In this document: piece by piece, positions 8,259 to 17,720 of the stretch
How the letters are laid out: each line of letters starts with the position of its first letter
Numbering within the stretch: position 1 is the first letter of the stretch
DNA from: Patescibacteria group bacterium
Lineage (GTDB): Bacteria > Patescibacteriota > Minisyncoccia > Phycocordibacterales > WO2-35-19
Direction of reading: 5' to 3'
DNA length: 64,000 bases
Assembly: GCA_038064735.1 (NCBI GenBank)
Contig: JBBTSI010000003.1
Coordinates: 21,154-85,153, forward strand
The notes under the pieces: generated by a model
What the model saw: only the letters and a program-made list of their open reading frames with translations
What the model was told of the DNA's origin: nothing
Database searches by the model: none
Translations under genes and position numbers: made by a program

Positions 8259-9752
8259 TTATTCTTGCCTTATCAAAGAAGTGGCTTTGAGCACATCTCC
8301 GGGTACCAAATCGATCTTGGATTCTATCATGGTGCCGAATTCCTGACCTTCTCTGGCAATATCAGCTTTCAGTTTTTGGATTTGGAGTTCTTTTATTTTG
8401 CCGGTACCAATGAAAGATTCTCTGCGGTAAATTTTGATTATGCCACCCGATTTAATTTCTCCCTCTTCGATTTTACCGCCTACAACTTGTTTGTCGCGAT
8501 TTTTGCTGAAGACTCTGATTATCTTAGCGGAGCCGGTTGTTATCTCTACAGTTTCTACCGGAGTAGCTTCTTTTATTTTTTCTTTCACATAATCAACCAG
8601 ATCGTATATAACTTGGTAATTTTTTATTTCTATACCGTCTCGCATAGCCAGTCCCGAAGCACTTTTGTCGGTGCTCACATTGAAGCCGAGTATCAAACTA
8701 TTTTTTATTTTTGCGGTTTTAATGTCGTTTTCGCTCACATCTCCGACATCTTTGGAAATTATTCTGACCGCAATTTTTTCATTACCTAGTTTTTTGAGTT
8801 CATGCTCGACTGCATCAAGTGAACCGAAAGTGTCCGCTTTGATGACCACTCCAAAAGAAATGCAATCATTTTGAAATATGTTACAAATATCATTATTTTG
8901 GTTTGTTTCGGTAGCAAATTTGATAGCCTCTTCTTTTTTGGAGAAAGTTTTGAATTCACTTCCGACTTTTGGTCCGGCACTCCAACCTACAATTTTGATT
9001 GGACTTGAAAAAGTGGCTTCAGAGATATTTTCTTCTTTGTAATTTTCTATGGCTCTTATCGGAGCATAAGCACCACTGGTCGCCACAAACATACCAGTTT
9101 TTAAATAACCATTTTTTATTATGAGATTGGCGGAAATGCCTTGTTTAGGATTGAGATCGCTTTCTATAACGAAACCTTCAGCGGGTATGGATGGGTCGCC
9201 TTCGAGTTCTTCCATATCAGACTGCAAAGCTATCATCTCTAAAAGATCAGGCACTCCAGCACCGGTTTTGGCGGAAATAGCTATAGCTGGGATGTTGCCA
9301 CCCCAACCTTCAACCAAAACTCCGTTTTCGGCTAAATTTTGTTTTACTTTATCTATATTGGCGCCAGGCCTGTCAATTTTGTTTAAAGCGATGATGAAAG
9401 GGATAGCATCTTTATTAATACAATCTAAAGCCTCAAGAGTTTGGGGTTTAACGCCATCTTCAGAAGAAACTACGAGTATAGCTATATCTGCTACTTTGGC
9501 ACCACGCGCTCTGATAGAACAAAAAGCTTCATGTCCTGGGGTGTCTAAAAAAGTTATTTTTCTTTTTTCACCGCCGGCCATTATTTCTACTTCGTAAGCA
9601 GAAATATGCTGAGTGATACCACCAGCCTCGAATTCGGTGGTGTTGGCTTTTCTTATATAATCAAGCAGAGTAGATTTGCCATGGTCAATGTGTCCCATGA
9701 TGACCACTATCGGCGGACGAACTAATTTTTTTGTTTTATTTTTTGGTGTCAT
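8259..9752 (-). CDS. infB: translation initiation factor IF-2 (short form lacking N-terminal domains)
   Basis: GHIDHGKST (G1), DTPGH (G3), NKID (G4) and the C-terminal beta-barrel domains. Confidence 0.9.
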   Translation of the reverse strand: MTPKNKTKKLVRPPIVVIMGHIDHGKSTLLDYIRKANTTEFEAGGITQHISAYEVEIMAGGEKRKITFLDTPGHEAFCSIRARGAKVADIAILVVSSEDGVKPQTLEALDCINKDAIPFIIALNKIDRPGANIDKVKQNLAENGVLVEGWGGNIPAIAISAKTGAGVPDLLEMIALQSDMEELEGDPSIPAEGFVIESDLNPKQGISANLIIKNGYLKTGMFVATSGAYAPIRAIENYKEENISEATFSSPIKIVGWSAGPKVGSEFKTFSKKEEAIKFATETNQNNDICNIFQNDCISFGVVIKADTFGSLDAVEHELKKLGNEKIAVRIISKDVGDVSENDIKTAKIKNSLILGFNVSTDKSASGLAMRDGIEIKNYQVIYDLVDYVKEKIKEATPVETVEITTGSAKIIRVFSKNRDKQVVGGKIEEGEIKSGGIIKIYRRESFIGTGKIKELQIQKLKADIAREGQEFGTMIESKIDLVPGDVLKATSLIRQE

Positions 9753-10236
9753 TTGGCTTAAGTTTATTTTCTTTGGCTTGTTTTATTGCTTTGCTTTCTT
9801 CTTCTGATAGTTGGTGTTCGCTTTGCCATCTTTGAAGTGGTTTAGCAAAAACATTAGTTCTTTCTCTGGTATGCATGGATGTGATGACGACGCCATCTCC
9901 TTCTTCATCTACTAATACCGATGAAAAACTCTGGTTGCCACCAACTCCTTCTCCTTGAAAAGGATTAAATCTGAGAGTTGAAGCGTTTACGGTTTTCTTT
10001 TTTATTCTGCTATCCAAAAATTTCATGTATTCGGTTGATTCTGCTTTGAACTTGACCAAATCTTCAATCGTTTTGGTATGCAAGTTCATGAGCCTTTCTA
10101 TATCGGGGGTGTTGGCGCTTCTAAATATCCTCCTGACTCTTAAGTGCATAACTATCGAGATTGTGAGAGTAATCAAAGAAACCGCTAAAGCAGCAAAAGG
10201 AATAAAAAAAAGAACTAAGTTCCAGTCAATTGTCAT
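9736..10236 (-). CDS. DUF4446-like membrane-anchored protein
   Basis: N-terminal TM; RFNPFQGEGVGGNQSFSSVLVDEEGDGVVITSMHTRERT resembles the DUF4446 signature (from memory). Confidence 0.4.
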   Translation of the reverse strand: MTIDWNLVLFFIPFAALAVSLITLTISIVMHLRVRRIFRSANTPDIERLMNLHTKTIEDLVKFKAESTEYMKFLDSRIKKKTVNASTLRFNPFQGEGVGGNQSFSSVLVDEEGDGVVITSMHTRERTNVFAKPLQRWQSEHQLSEEESKAIKQAKENKLKPNDTKK

Positions 10237-10275
10237 AATCGCTTATTATACACTATTTATGGTATTATCCAAAAT

Positions 10276-11544
10276 ATGAAAAATAAGGTGAAAATTAAAA
10301 AAACCCAGCCTTCGCATAAAGCTACGGCGGGCAAAGATAGGGTATTTTTGGACTATGCATCTGTGACGCCGGTTGATTTGGGTGTAGAAAAAGAAATGCA
10401 GAGGGTTCAAAAGCAATTTTGGGCAAATCCTTCATCCTTGCACAAGGAAGGGGAAGAGGCTAAAAATATTTTGGAAGAATCTAGGACAAAAATTGCCCGA
10501 ATTTTGCATTGCCGTAGTAGTGAAATATTTTTTACAAGCGGGGGTACCGAATCTTTAAATTTGGCTATTTTGGGTGTGGTCAAAAGAAGCCAAAGGGCGT
10601 CTTTACCGCATATAATAGTTTCAACAATAGAACATCCGGCTGTTTTGGAACCAATAAAAAATTTACTTAAAGAAAAAGTGATTGAAGTTTCTTTTATTAC
10701 ACCAAACGAGAAGGGAATAATTAGCCCAGAATCTGTCAAAAAAGAAATGAAAGAAAATACTGTTTTGGTCGTTGTTCAGCATGCTAATAATGAAATAGGA
10801 ACTATCCAACCAATAAGAGAAATTTCAAAAGCTATTAAAAATTTCAAAGAATCAGAAATGGCAAAATTGCAAAAAGCTGCGGATAAATCCCGCTTTTTGA
10901 ATTTTGCCATTTCTGATTCTCAGACTGCTCCATATCTGTTGGTAGATGCGTGTCAGAGTGTTTTGTATGAAGATGTTTCGTTAGAAAGACTCGGCGCTGA
11001 TATCTTAGTTTTGGATGGTATTAAAATGTATGGGCCAAGAGGTGTTGGCGTTTTAGCGGTAAAGCATGGCACCAAAATTTCTCCCATAACTTTTGGCGGG
11101 GGACAGGAGAATGGTTTCAGGCCGGGAACAGAAAATGTGATTGGAGTAGCTGGTTTCGCCAAAGCTTTGGAAATTTCTGTCAAAATGATGGAGAAAGAAT
11201 CAAAACGACTTTTGCAATTATGCGATTATGCTATTTCTAAAATTTTGGAAATACCAAATTCTTCTTTGAATGGCAATAAAGAAAATAGATTACCTAATAA
11301 TATTAATGTTTGTTTTTCCAATCAAGATTCGGAATTTTTGGTTATCAAATTGGATACTCTGGGTTTTGCTGTTTCGGCCGCTTCAGCTTGTCATACTTTG
11401 TCACTTGAAAACGGCTCTTATGTTATTGAGTCTATCGGCAAACCGGAATGTTCAGGTTCTTCTTTGCGTATCACTCTAGGTAGAGACACCAAAAAATCAG
11501 ATTTAGATAAATTTATAGTTGCTCTTAAAAAAATACTTTGTTAA
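10276..11544 (+). CDS. cysteine desulfurase (class V aminotransferase, IscS/NifS family) carrying an in-frame palindromic insertion
   Basis: FLDYASVTPVD, TSGGTESLNLAI, IEHPAVLEP and the active-site region SAASACHT; 25-aa insert KESEMAKLQKAADKSRFLNFAISDS encoded by the palindrome at 10849..10919. Confidence 0.85.
   Translation: MKNKVKIKKTQPSHKATAGKDRVFLDYASVTPVDLGVEKEMQRVQKQFWANPSSLHKEGEEAKNILEESRTKIARILHCRSSEIFFTSGGTESLNLAILGVVKRSQRASLPHIIVSTIEHPAVLEPIKNLLKEKVIEVSFITPNEKGIISPESVKKEMKENTVLVVVQHANNEIGTIQPIREISKAIKNFKESEMAKLQKAADKSRFLNFAISDSQTAPYLLVDACQSVLYEDVSLERLGADILVLDGIKMYGPRGVGVLAVKHGTKISPITFGGGQENGFRPGTENVIGVAGFAKALEISVKMMEKESKRLLQLCDYAISKILEIPNSSLNGNKENRLPNNINVCFSNQDSEFLVIKLDTLGFAVSAASACHTLSLENGSYVIESIGKPECSGSSLRITLGRDTKKSDLDKFIVALKKILC
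10849..10919. repeat. 71-nt perfect palindromic element (family 1) inserted in-frame in the cysteine desulfurase gene
   Basis: gaatcagaaatggcaaaattgcaaaaagc / 14-nt loop / gctttttgaattttgccatttctgattc; second copy at 47326..47396. Confidence 0.85.
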
Positions 11545-11554
11545 AATTAAACAA

Positions 11555-12373
11555 ATGGAAGATCTAACCAAGCATCAACTCATACTTATAGTTTTACTAA
11601 TCACTTTTGTGACTTCTATTGCCACAGGTATTATTACTTTCACCTTACTTTCTGAAGCACCGGTAGAAGTGACTCAAAATATAAATCGTGTAGTGGAAAA
11701 AACTATTGAACAAGTGGCGCCTACTGCTGTTCAGCCCCAAAAGGTAGTGACGACTGTGGTAGTCAATGAAGATGACAGAGTATTAGAAACTATCGCCAAG
11801 AATGAAAAATCAATAGTGAGACTCCGATCTCTTGCGGCTGATGGCTCCAAAATTGTTTCGGGTATGGGGGTAGTGGTTTCTGATAAAGGTGTGATCGTTG
11901 CTGATTCAAGAAGTTTCAACGGGGGTGTTCCTTCGGAAATCCTTTTTTCTGATGGTAAAACTTATCCCACCGGCAAAATTTTTACGGATAGTGCAAACGG
12001 GCTTACTTTCGTGAAAACCAGTGTTCCTCAGAATGATACTTCTCATTATGTATTTTATCCGGCAACTTTCGGTAATTCAGATGGGTTGAAAATAGGCCAG
12101 ACTTTGGTCACCATTAGTGGTTTAGAGTCAAACGCTGCTTCTATTGGTAGAGTGTTTCAGCTTAATTCTGGAGATGATAAAAAAACCGTAAATAATATTG
12201 TTTCTAATATAAAAATTTCAAAGAGCCATTTTGGCAGCCCGGCACTCAACCTTAGTGGAGAGGTGATAGGGTTGGAAGCTCCGTTTATCGAATCCGATAC
12301 TGAATATTCTTATATTCCAATAAATGTTATAAAATCGGCTATCACTAAAGCCTTAGAAGATTTATCCAAATAG
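11555..12373 (+). CDS. membrane-anchored trypsin-like (S1/HtrA-like) serine protease domain protein
   Basis: N-terminal TM; chymotrypsin-fold pattern GNSDG...SHFGSPALN..GEVIGL; start chosen at MEDLTK to avoid overlapping the upstream gene. Confidence 0.45.
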   Translation: MEDLTKHQLILIVLLITFVTSIATGIITFTLLSEAPVEVTQNINRVVEKTIEQVAPTAVQPQKVVTTVVVNEDDRVLETIAKNEKSIVRLRSLAADGSKIVSGMGVVVSDKGVIVADSRSFNGGVPSEILFSDGKTYPTGKIFTDSANGLTFVKTSVPQNDTSHYVFYPATFGNSDGLKIGQTLVTISGLESNAASIGRVFQLNSGDDKKTVNNIVSNIKISKSHFGSPALNLSGEVIGLEAPFIESDTEYSYIPINVIKSAITKALEDLSK

Positions 12374-12394
12374 CCTCATTGTTGATTTTGGGGC

Positions 12395-12422
12395 TTGATT
12401 TAAGCAGATTTTCTGCTATAAT
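12395..12422 (+). promoter_or_regulatory. sigma70-like promoter upstream of clpB
   Basis: TTGATT, 16-nt spacer, TATAAT, about 25 nt before the clpB ATG. Confidence 0.4.
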
Positions 12423-12446
12423 ATAGCAAATTAAGGGTTTTTATTT

Positions 12447-15152
12447 ATGACACCATTTAATAATTTTACAACTAAAGCTAAAGAGGCAATCAGGAAGGCT
12501 CACGAGCTGGTTATTGAACGTGGTCAGGACCATGTCGGTCCACTACATCTACTACTCGCTCTCATTGTGCAAGAAGAGAGTATGGTGGTTTCGATTTTGG
12601 ATAAAATGGGAGTGGATACCATTTTGCTCACAGACTCTCTCTTGGAAGCTATGGAAAGTGGCACATCCAGCAATACCGTGTCTCCTTCCTACCAAATTTA
12701 TCTTACTCCTGAACTGGCTCACATTATCGATCATTCTTCAAAAGTGGCAGCGGGGATGAGTGATGAATTTGTTTCCACCGAGCATTTATTTTTAGCTTGT
12801 CTTGAAGTACCGAGTGCCGCTAAAGATGTTTTGACAAGATTTAAAATTGAAAAAGAAAAAGTCTTATTTTTGATTCAGGAAATAAAACAAGGTCGCCTCA
12901 CGGACGCCAAAGGTACTCAAAAAAATAAAAATCTTATCAAGTATACTCGCTCTCTGACCAAGATGGCCCGTGAAAACAAACTTGATCCGGTTATTGGCAG
13001 AGATGAAGAAATTTCCCGCATCATCCAAATTCTTTCTCGCCGTACCAAAAATAATCCTATTCTGATAGGGGAAGCTGGGGTGGGTAAAACCGCTATTGCT
13101 GAAGGTTTAGCCATGAGAGTAGCTTCTGGGAATGCACCCGAATCTTTGAAAGACAAGGAGATAGTTTCTTTAGACTTGGGACTTTTAGTAGCAGGAACTA
13201 AATACCGTGGTGAATTTGAAGAAAGGTTAAAAAATATTATAAAAGAGATAGAAAAGTCCGATGGCAAAATAATACTTTTTATTGACGAGATTCATACTAT
13301 CATCGGTGCCGGTAGTGCTGAAGGTTCTCTTGATGCTTCCAACATGCTCAAACCACCGCTCGCGAGGGGTGAACTTAGGGCCATCGGCGCTACCACCATC
13401 AAAGAATATCAAAAACATATCGAAAAAGATCCGGCGCTTACTCGTCGTTTTCAGCCTGTGTACGTCTCTGAGCCTTCCATAGAAGATGCTATTACTATAC
13501 TTCGCGGTCTCAAGGAGAAATATGAGTTATATCATGGAGTACATATTACCGATGACGCTATCAAAGCGGCGGTCAATCTCAGTTCCCGTTATATTGCTGA
13601 TAGATTTTTGCCTGACAAAGCGGTAGATCTTATTGACGAAGCAGCTAGTCATCTTAAAATCGCGCTTGAAAATATGCCAACAGTTTTGCAAGAAACCAAC
13701 TCAAAAATAATGAAGCTGGAAATTGAAAAAGAAGCTCTCAAAAAAGAATCAGGTAAGAATGCGAAAGTTAAAAGCCGTCTACAAAATATTGAAAAAGAGA
13801 TTGCTGATTTGAAAGAGAAAACCGCCGAGATAGATTTGAAATGGAAAAATGAAAAAGAGAGTGTGGGCGAAATAAAAAGAATTAAGAAAGAACTTGAAGG
13901 TGCCAGATTGGAAGCTGAAGCGGCTGAAGCTCGGGTAGATTTAGGCAAAGCCGCTGAAGTGCGTTATGGCAAAATACCTGCTTTGGAAAAAGAATTGGAA
14001 TCCAACACTAAAAAATTGAAAAAATTGCAAAGCTCTCGAAGAATTTTGAAAGAAGAAATAACTGAAGATGATATCGCTTCAATTGTCGCCAAATGGACGG
14101 GTATTCCGGTTTCTAGGATGCTCGAAGGCGAGGCGGAAAAATTAGTCAGAATGGAAGATGATTTGAAGAAACGCATAGTCGGCCAAGATGAAGCTGTTAA
14201 GAAAATTTCTGATACTATCAAACGCTCAAGAGCTGGCATCTCTGACCCCAACAGGCCTATTGGCTCTTTCATATTCCTCGGGCCGACCGGAGTAGGTAAG
14301 ACCGAATTGACCAAAGCTTTGGCAGAATTTATGTTTAATGATGATAAAGCGCTCATCAGGGTAGATATGTCCGAATTTATGGAGAGACATTCCGTCTCCA
14401 AGCTTATCGGTGCGCCTCCGGGTTATGTCGGTTTTGATGAGGGTGGGGGACTGACTGATATGGTCAGGCATAGACCTTATTCTATTGTGCTCTTCGATGA
14501 AATTGAAAAGGCTCATCCCGAAGTTTTCAACGTGCTCCTCCAAGTTCTCGACAATGGTCGCCTGACAGACTCCAAGGGTCGCACAGTCAACTTCAAAAAT
14601 ACCATTATCATTATGACTTCAAATATTGGTGCTCAATATATAGATAAGATGGAAAAGATGGGCTTTGGTGAGAGAAGCAGTGGAGACGGAGATTATACCA
14701 ATGTGAAAGAAAAAATATTGGAAGCCATGAAAGATTTCTTCCGACCGGAATTTTTGAACCGAGTTGATGACACTATCATCTTTGATGTTTTGCCGATGGA
14801 AGCTATCCGTGAAATTGTTAAAATTCAAATTGATATGGTGCGTGAAAGATTAGTGGCCAAAGAAATTTCGCTGGAACTTACAGATGAAGTTTATGAATAC
14901 TTAGCTAAAGAAGGTTACAATCCTCAGTACGGTGCCAGACCTCTTAAGAGAGTTATTCAAAATAAAATATTAAATCAAATTGCAACCCTTATAATTTCCA
15001 AGAGTATTTTGAAGGGAGGAATAGTTTCTGTATCACTTAAAACGGGCGCGGGAGTAAATGGAGAAAGCGATCTTGTTTTTGATATAAAAAAGGGGAGAAA
15101 GGGGGCCATCATAGAAGCATCAATATTGGATACTCCTGTTAGTGTAGAATAA
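12447..15152 (+). CDS. clpB: ATP-dependent chaperone ClpB
   Basis: Clp N-domain, two AAA+ modules (GEAGVGKT, GPTGVGKT), long coiled-coil middle domain, GAPPGYVGFDEGG. Confidence 0.9.
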   Translation: MTPFNNFTTKAKEAIRKAHELVIERGQDHVGPLHLLLALIVQEESMVVSILDKMGVDTILLTDSLLEAMESGTSSNTVSPSYQIYLTPELAHIIDHSSKVAAGMSDEFVSTEHLFLACLEVPSAAKDVLTRFKIEKEKVLFLIQEIKQGRLTDAKGTQKNKNLIKYTRSLTKMARENKLDPVIGRDEEISRIIQILSRRTKNNPILIGEAGVGKTAIAEGLAMRVASGNAPESLKDKEIVSLDLGLLVAGTKYRGEFEERLKNIIKEIEKSDGKIILFIDEIHTIIGAGSAEGSLDASNMLKPPLARGELRAIGATTIKEYQKHIEKDPALTRRFQPVYVSEPSIEDAITILRGLKEKYELYHGVHITDDAIKAAVNLSSRYIADRFLPDKAVDLIDEAASHLKIALENMPTVLQETNSKIMKLEIEKEALKKESGKNAKVKSRLQNIEKEIADLKEKTAEIDLKWKNEKESVGEIKRIKKELEGARLEAEAAEARVDLGKAAEVRYGKIPALEKELESNTKKLKKLQSSRRILKEEITEDDIASIVAKWTGIPVSRMLEGEAEKLVRMEDDLKKRIVGQDEAVKKISDTIKRSRAGISDPNRPIGSFIFLGPTGVGKTELTKALAEFMFNDDKALIRVDMSEFMERHSVSKLIGAPPGYVGFDEGGGLTDMVRHRPYSIVLFDEIEKAHPEVFNVLLQVLDNGRLTDSKGRTVNFKNTIIIMTSNIGAQYIDKMEKMGFGERSSGDGDYTNVKEKILEAMKDFFRPEFLNRVDDTIIFDVLPMEAIREIVKIQIDMVRERLVAKEISLELTDEVYEYLAKEGYNPQYGARPLKRVIQNKILNQIATLIISKSILKGGIVSVSLKTGAGVNGESDLVFDIKKGRKGAIIEASILDTPVSVE

Positions 15153-15218
15153 ATTACAACACATCCTAAAAGACAGAAGGGAATCTTCTTCCTTTTTTTA
15201 ATTAATTTTTAGGTGTAA

Positions 15219-15256
15219 AAGGCGCACGGTTGCCAACAACCGTGCGCCTACTTTTG
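15219..15256. terminator. bidirectional terminator (clpB and the convergent membrane-protein gene)
   Basis: 12-bp perfect hairpin ggcgcacggttg/caaccgtgcgcc, T-runs on both strands. Confidence 0.6.
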
Positions 15257-15259
15257 TAA

Positions 15260-15763
15260 TTACCAGGCATTAAAATCGAAAAATCTGGCTAACCATTGAG
15301 CTTCTTTACATGCTGTTTTAGCTACCTTTACTTGGACGTGAAATTTTTTTGCTTCTAAGATTAGTTTTTCAACATTATCAGAAGTGGAGATTTTTTGGAT
15401 CTGTTCATCTTCTTGTTCGAAAAGGGTATCGCGTGTTTTTTTTAAAGATTTTATCTTTTCAGAAACAATTGGTTGATATACTTTCATTGCCAACCAATCT
15501 TTCTTTTTGGGTGGATAAAATCCAAATATTGGATGGAAATATTTTGCTGCTGTCTTTCGCGCAAAAATAAAATGGGTAATCCATGTTGGGTAGTCGAATG
15601 ATAATTCTGTATGCACAAAAATAATTGTAAGAAGTAATCCAGAAATAACTGTGCCAATTGCTATTTCTAGAGGACCAATAAGCAATAATACACTGACAAC
15701 TAAGAACAAAACAATCAACTGGTAAACCAATACCTTAAGACAAATCTTTGTTTTAATCGACAT
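15260..15763 (-). CDS. membrane protein, unknown function
   Basis: Start at second ATG (MSIKTK) preceded by GAGGAG; three TM helices. Confidence 0.5.
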   Translation of the reverse strand: MSIKTKICLKVLVYQLIVLFLVVSVLLLIGPLEIAIGTVISGLLLTIIFVHTELSFDYPTWITHFIFARKTAAKYFHPIFGFYPPKKKDWLAMKVYQPIVSEKIKSLKKTRDTLFEQEDEQIQKISTSDNVEKLILEAKKFHVQVKVAKTACKEAQWLARFFDFNAW

Positions 15764-15987
15764 ATTTTCTCCTCGCATACTTCTTAGGTATGCTATGGTT
15801 AGAGTTTACAAAGAAACTTATTCGAGATTCTTCATCCCAAATTCTGAATATATAATACATACTGTATCAATATTATCAAGTATTGTAACGGTTATTTATC
15901 AAACGCCTAAACGACAGATGTCGTTTAGGCGTTCTTTGATTACTAGCATAAAATGGGAATTTTTGTTAAACTTCTTTGGTTAATATT

Positions 15988-16070
15988 GCGTCGGTGGTAG
16001 AGTGGTCAATTACAACAGACTGTAAATCTGTCGGCTTCGGCCTACGCAGGTTCGAATCCTGCCCGGCGCA
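15988..16070 (+). tRNA. tRNA-Tyr(GUA), type II
   Basis: Acceptor GCGUCGG/CCGGCGC, anticodon loop CUGUAAA, long variable arm, T-loop UUCGAAU. Confidence 0.75.
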
Positions 16071-16084
16071 CAAAATAAAAAAGC

Positions 16085-16120
16085 CGGTTTGGAAAGATAA
16101 TAATCTCCAAACCAGCTCTT
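16085..16120. terminator. bidirectional terminator after tRNA-Tyr and the small minus-strand gene
   Basis: Stem ggtttgga/tccaaacc with T-runs on both strands. Confidence 0.45.
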
Positions 16121-16123
16121 TTG

Positions 16124-16378
16124 TTATTGGCAATTGGGTTTTTTAGGTTTTTCAAAAATAACCAGACCCAAAGTAACAACGAAGATTCCAGACAAAATAA
16201 AAAAGAAAGTACAAGCTATTTCTACGAAAAGCGACCCCTTCCCTTCAATTTTGTGCACGGCACCATAAACAATAAGAGCAATTCCGACGAGAAAAATTAT
16301 TGCTCCCCAAAATTTAGTCATGAAGGACTCGACTGCTTGCACTGAATTCATTGGTGGATATAGTTTTTCTTGGCTCAT
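16124..16378 (-). CDS. small two-TM membrane protein
   Basis: 84 aa, hydrophobic; no recognisable domain. Confidence 0.35.
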   Translation of the reverse strand: MSQEKLYPPMNSVQAVESFMTKFWGAIIFLVGIALIVYGAVHKIEGKGSLFVEIACTFFFILSGIFVVTLGLVIFEKPKKPNCQ

Positions 16379-16426
16379 TGTTTGTACACCTCTCTGAAAT
16401 TATGATACAAGAATTAAAACTAATTG

Positions 16427-17656
16427 TCAAAGAGACATAACTTCGTCTGTCCATTTGTAAATATTGCCAGCACCCATGAGAACAACACAAAGAAGTTTTT
16501 GTGGATTCATTTTTTGTAAAAAATTTTTAAGTTCTTGTGGATTTTCTACAGATTGGGAAGGTTTGGTTTTATTTATAGCTTCGGCGAGGACTTTATTGTT
16601 GGTGGTGCCGTCATCTGTTTCTCTGGTGATTAGGATTGGAGCAATAAAAATTTCATCGGCGATTTTTAAAGCATTCACAAAATCATCAAAAAGCAGTTTC
16701 GTTCGACTTTGTTGATGAGGTTCAAAAACACAAACTATTTTTCGGTCAGGATACTTTTCATGCAGAGTATTGAGGGAGGCTGAGATTTCGGTTGGGTGAT
16801 GAGCATAATCATCATAAAAAATATTTCCATCTTTTTCTCCCTTATATTCAAGTCGTCGCCAAGTGCCTCGAAAATCTTTTAAAAATTCTTTGGATTTTTC
16901 TTGGGGTATGCCCAACAGTTCGGCAGTTTTTATAGCCGCTTGAGCGTCCAAAATATTATGTTCTCCAGAAACAAGTAAGACAAAATCTATTTTTACTTTT
17001 TTATAATCATCTTCTTTTACCACAAACCCATCTTTCGGCACTTTTTGTTCCAATTCTTTGAAAGCACTTTTTATATCATCAAGGTCTTTATAATAATCTA
17101 AATGGTCGGCTTCAATGTTTGTAATTACCAAAATAGTAGGGGATAAGTTTAAAAAAGAGCGTTTGTATTCACAAGCTTCTACTACCAAATATTTGCTTTT
17201 GCCGGCAATAAAATTGGAGTTTTTACCGAGTATTTTTGAACCAACGATAACAGTTGGGTCCAGTCCGGCTTTTTGCATAATATGACCAATCATAGCTGTA
17301 GTGGTGGTTTTGCCATGAGTGCCGGAGATGGCGATGGTAAACATCTCCTTAGAAAGTTCACCAAGTGCTTGTGGGTAAGATACACAAAACAAACCTCTTT
17401 TTTGGGCTTCTAAAATTTCAGGATTGTCTTCCTTTATGGCGATGCTATATATTACTACTTCCACATCTTTTTCCAGATTTTCCGCTCTTTGTCCGATGAA
17501 AATTTTGATTCCCAATTTTTCCAAATCATCGGTTATTTCTGATTGATTGCTGTCTGATCCGGTGACTATTTTACCTTTTAAAGAAAGCATTCTAGCAATA
17601 GCGGAAACTCCTATGCCGCCGATACCAACGAAATGATATTTTTTTTGATTAAACAT
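16427..17656 (-). CDS. murC: UDP-N-acetylmuramate--L-alanine ligase
   Basis: HFVGIGGIGVSAIA N-terminus, GTHGKTTTT P-loop, Mur ligase middle and C-terminal domains. Confidence 0.85.
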   Translation of the reverse strand: MFNQKKYHFVGIGGIGVSAIARMLSLKGKIVTGSDSNQSEITDDLEKLGIKIFIGQRAENLEKDVEVVIYSIAIKEDNPEILEAQKRGLFCVSYPQALGELSKEMFTIAISGTHGKTTTTAMIGHIMQKAGLDPTVIVGSKILGKNSNFIAGKSKYLVVEACEYKRSFLNLSPTILVITNIEADHLDYYKDLDDIKSAFKELEQKVPKDGFVVKEDDYKKVKIDFVLLVSGEHNILDAQAAIKTAELLGIPQEKSKEFLKDFRGTWRRLEYKGEKDGNIFYDDYAHHPTEISASLNTLHEKYPDRKIVCVFEPHQQSRTKLLFDDFVNALKIADEIFIAPILITRETDDGTTNNKVLAEAINKTKPSQSVENPQELKNFLQKMNPQKLLCVVLMGAGNIYKWTDEVMSL

Positions 17657-17720
17657 GTTTATTTGAACGCTTTTCCACAGTTATATTTAATTAATATATC
17701 ACATATGATATGCTTTAGTC

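Noticed and set aside
12514-14828. Multiple short ORFs on both strands inside clpB
   Set aside because: Embedded in a well-supported 901-aa ClpB reading frame
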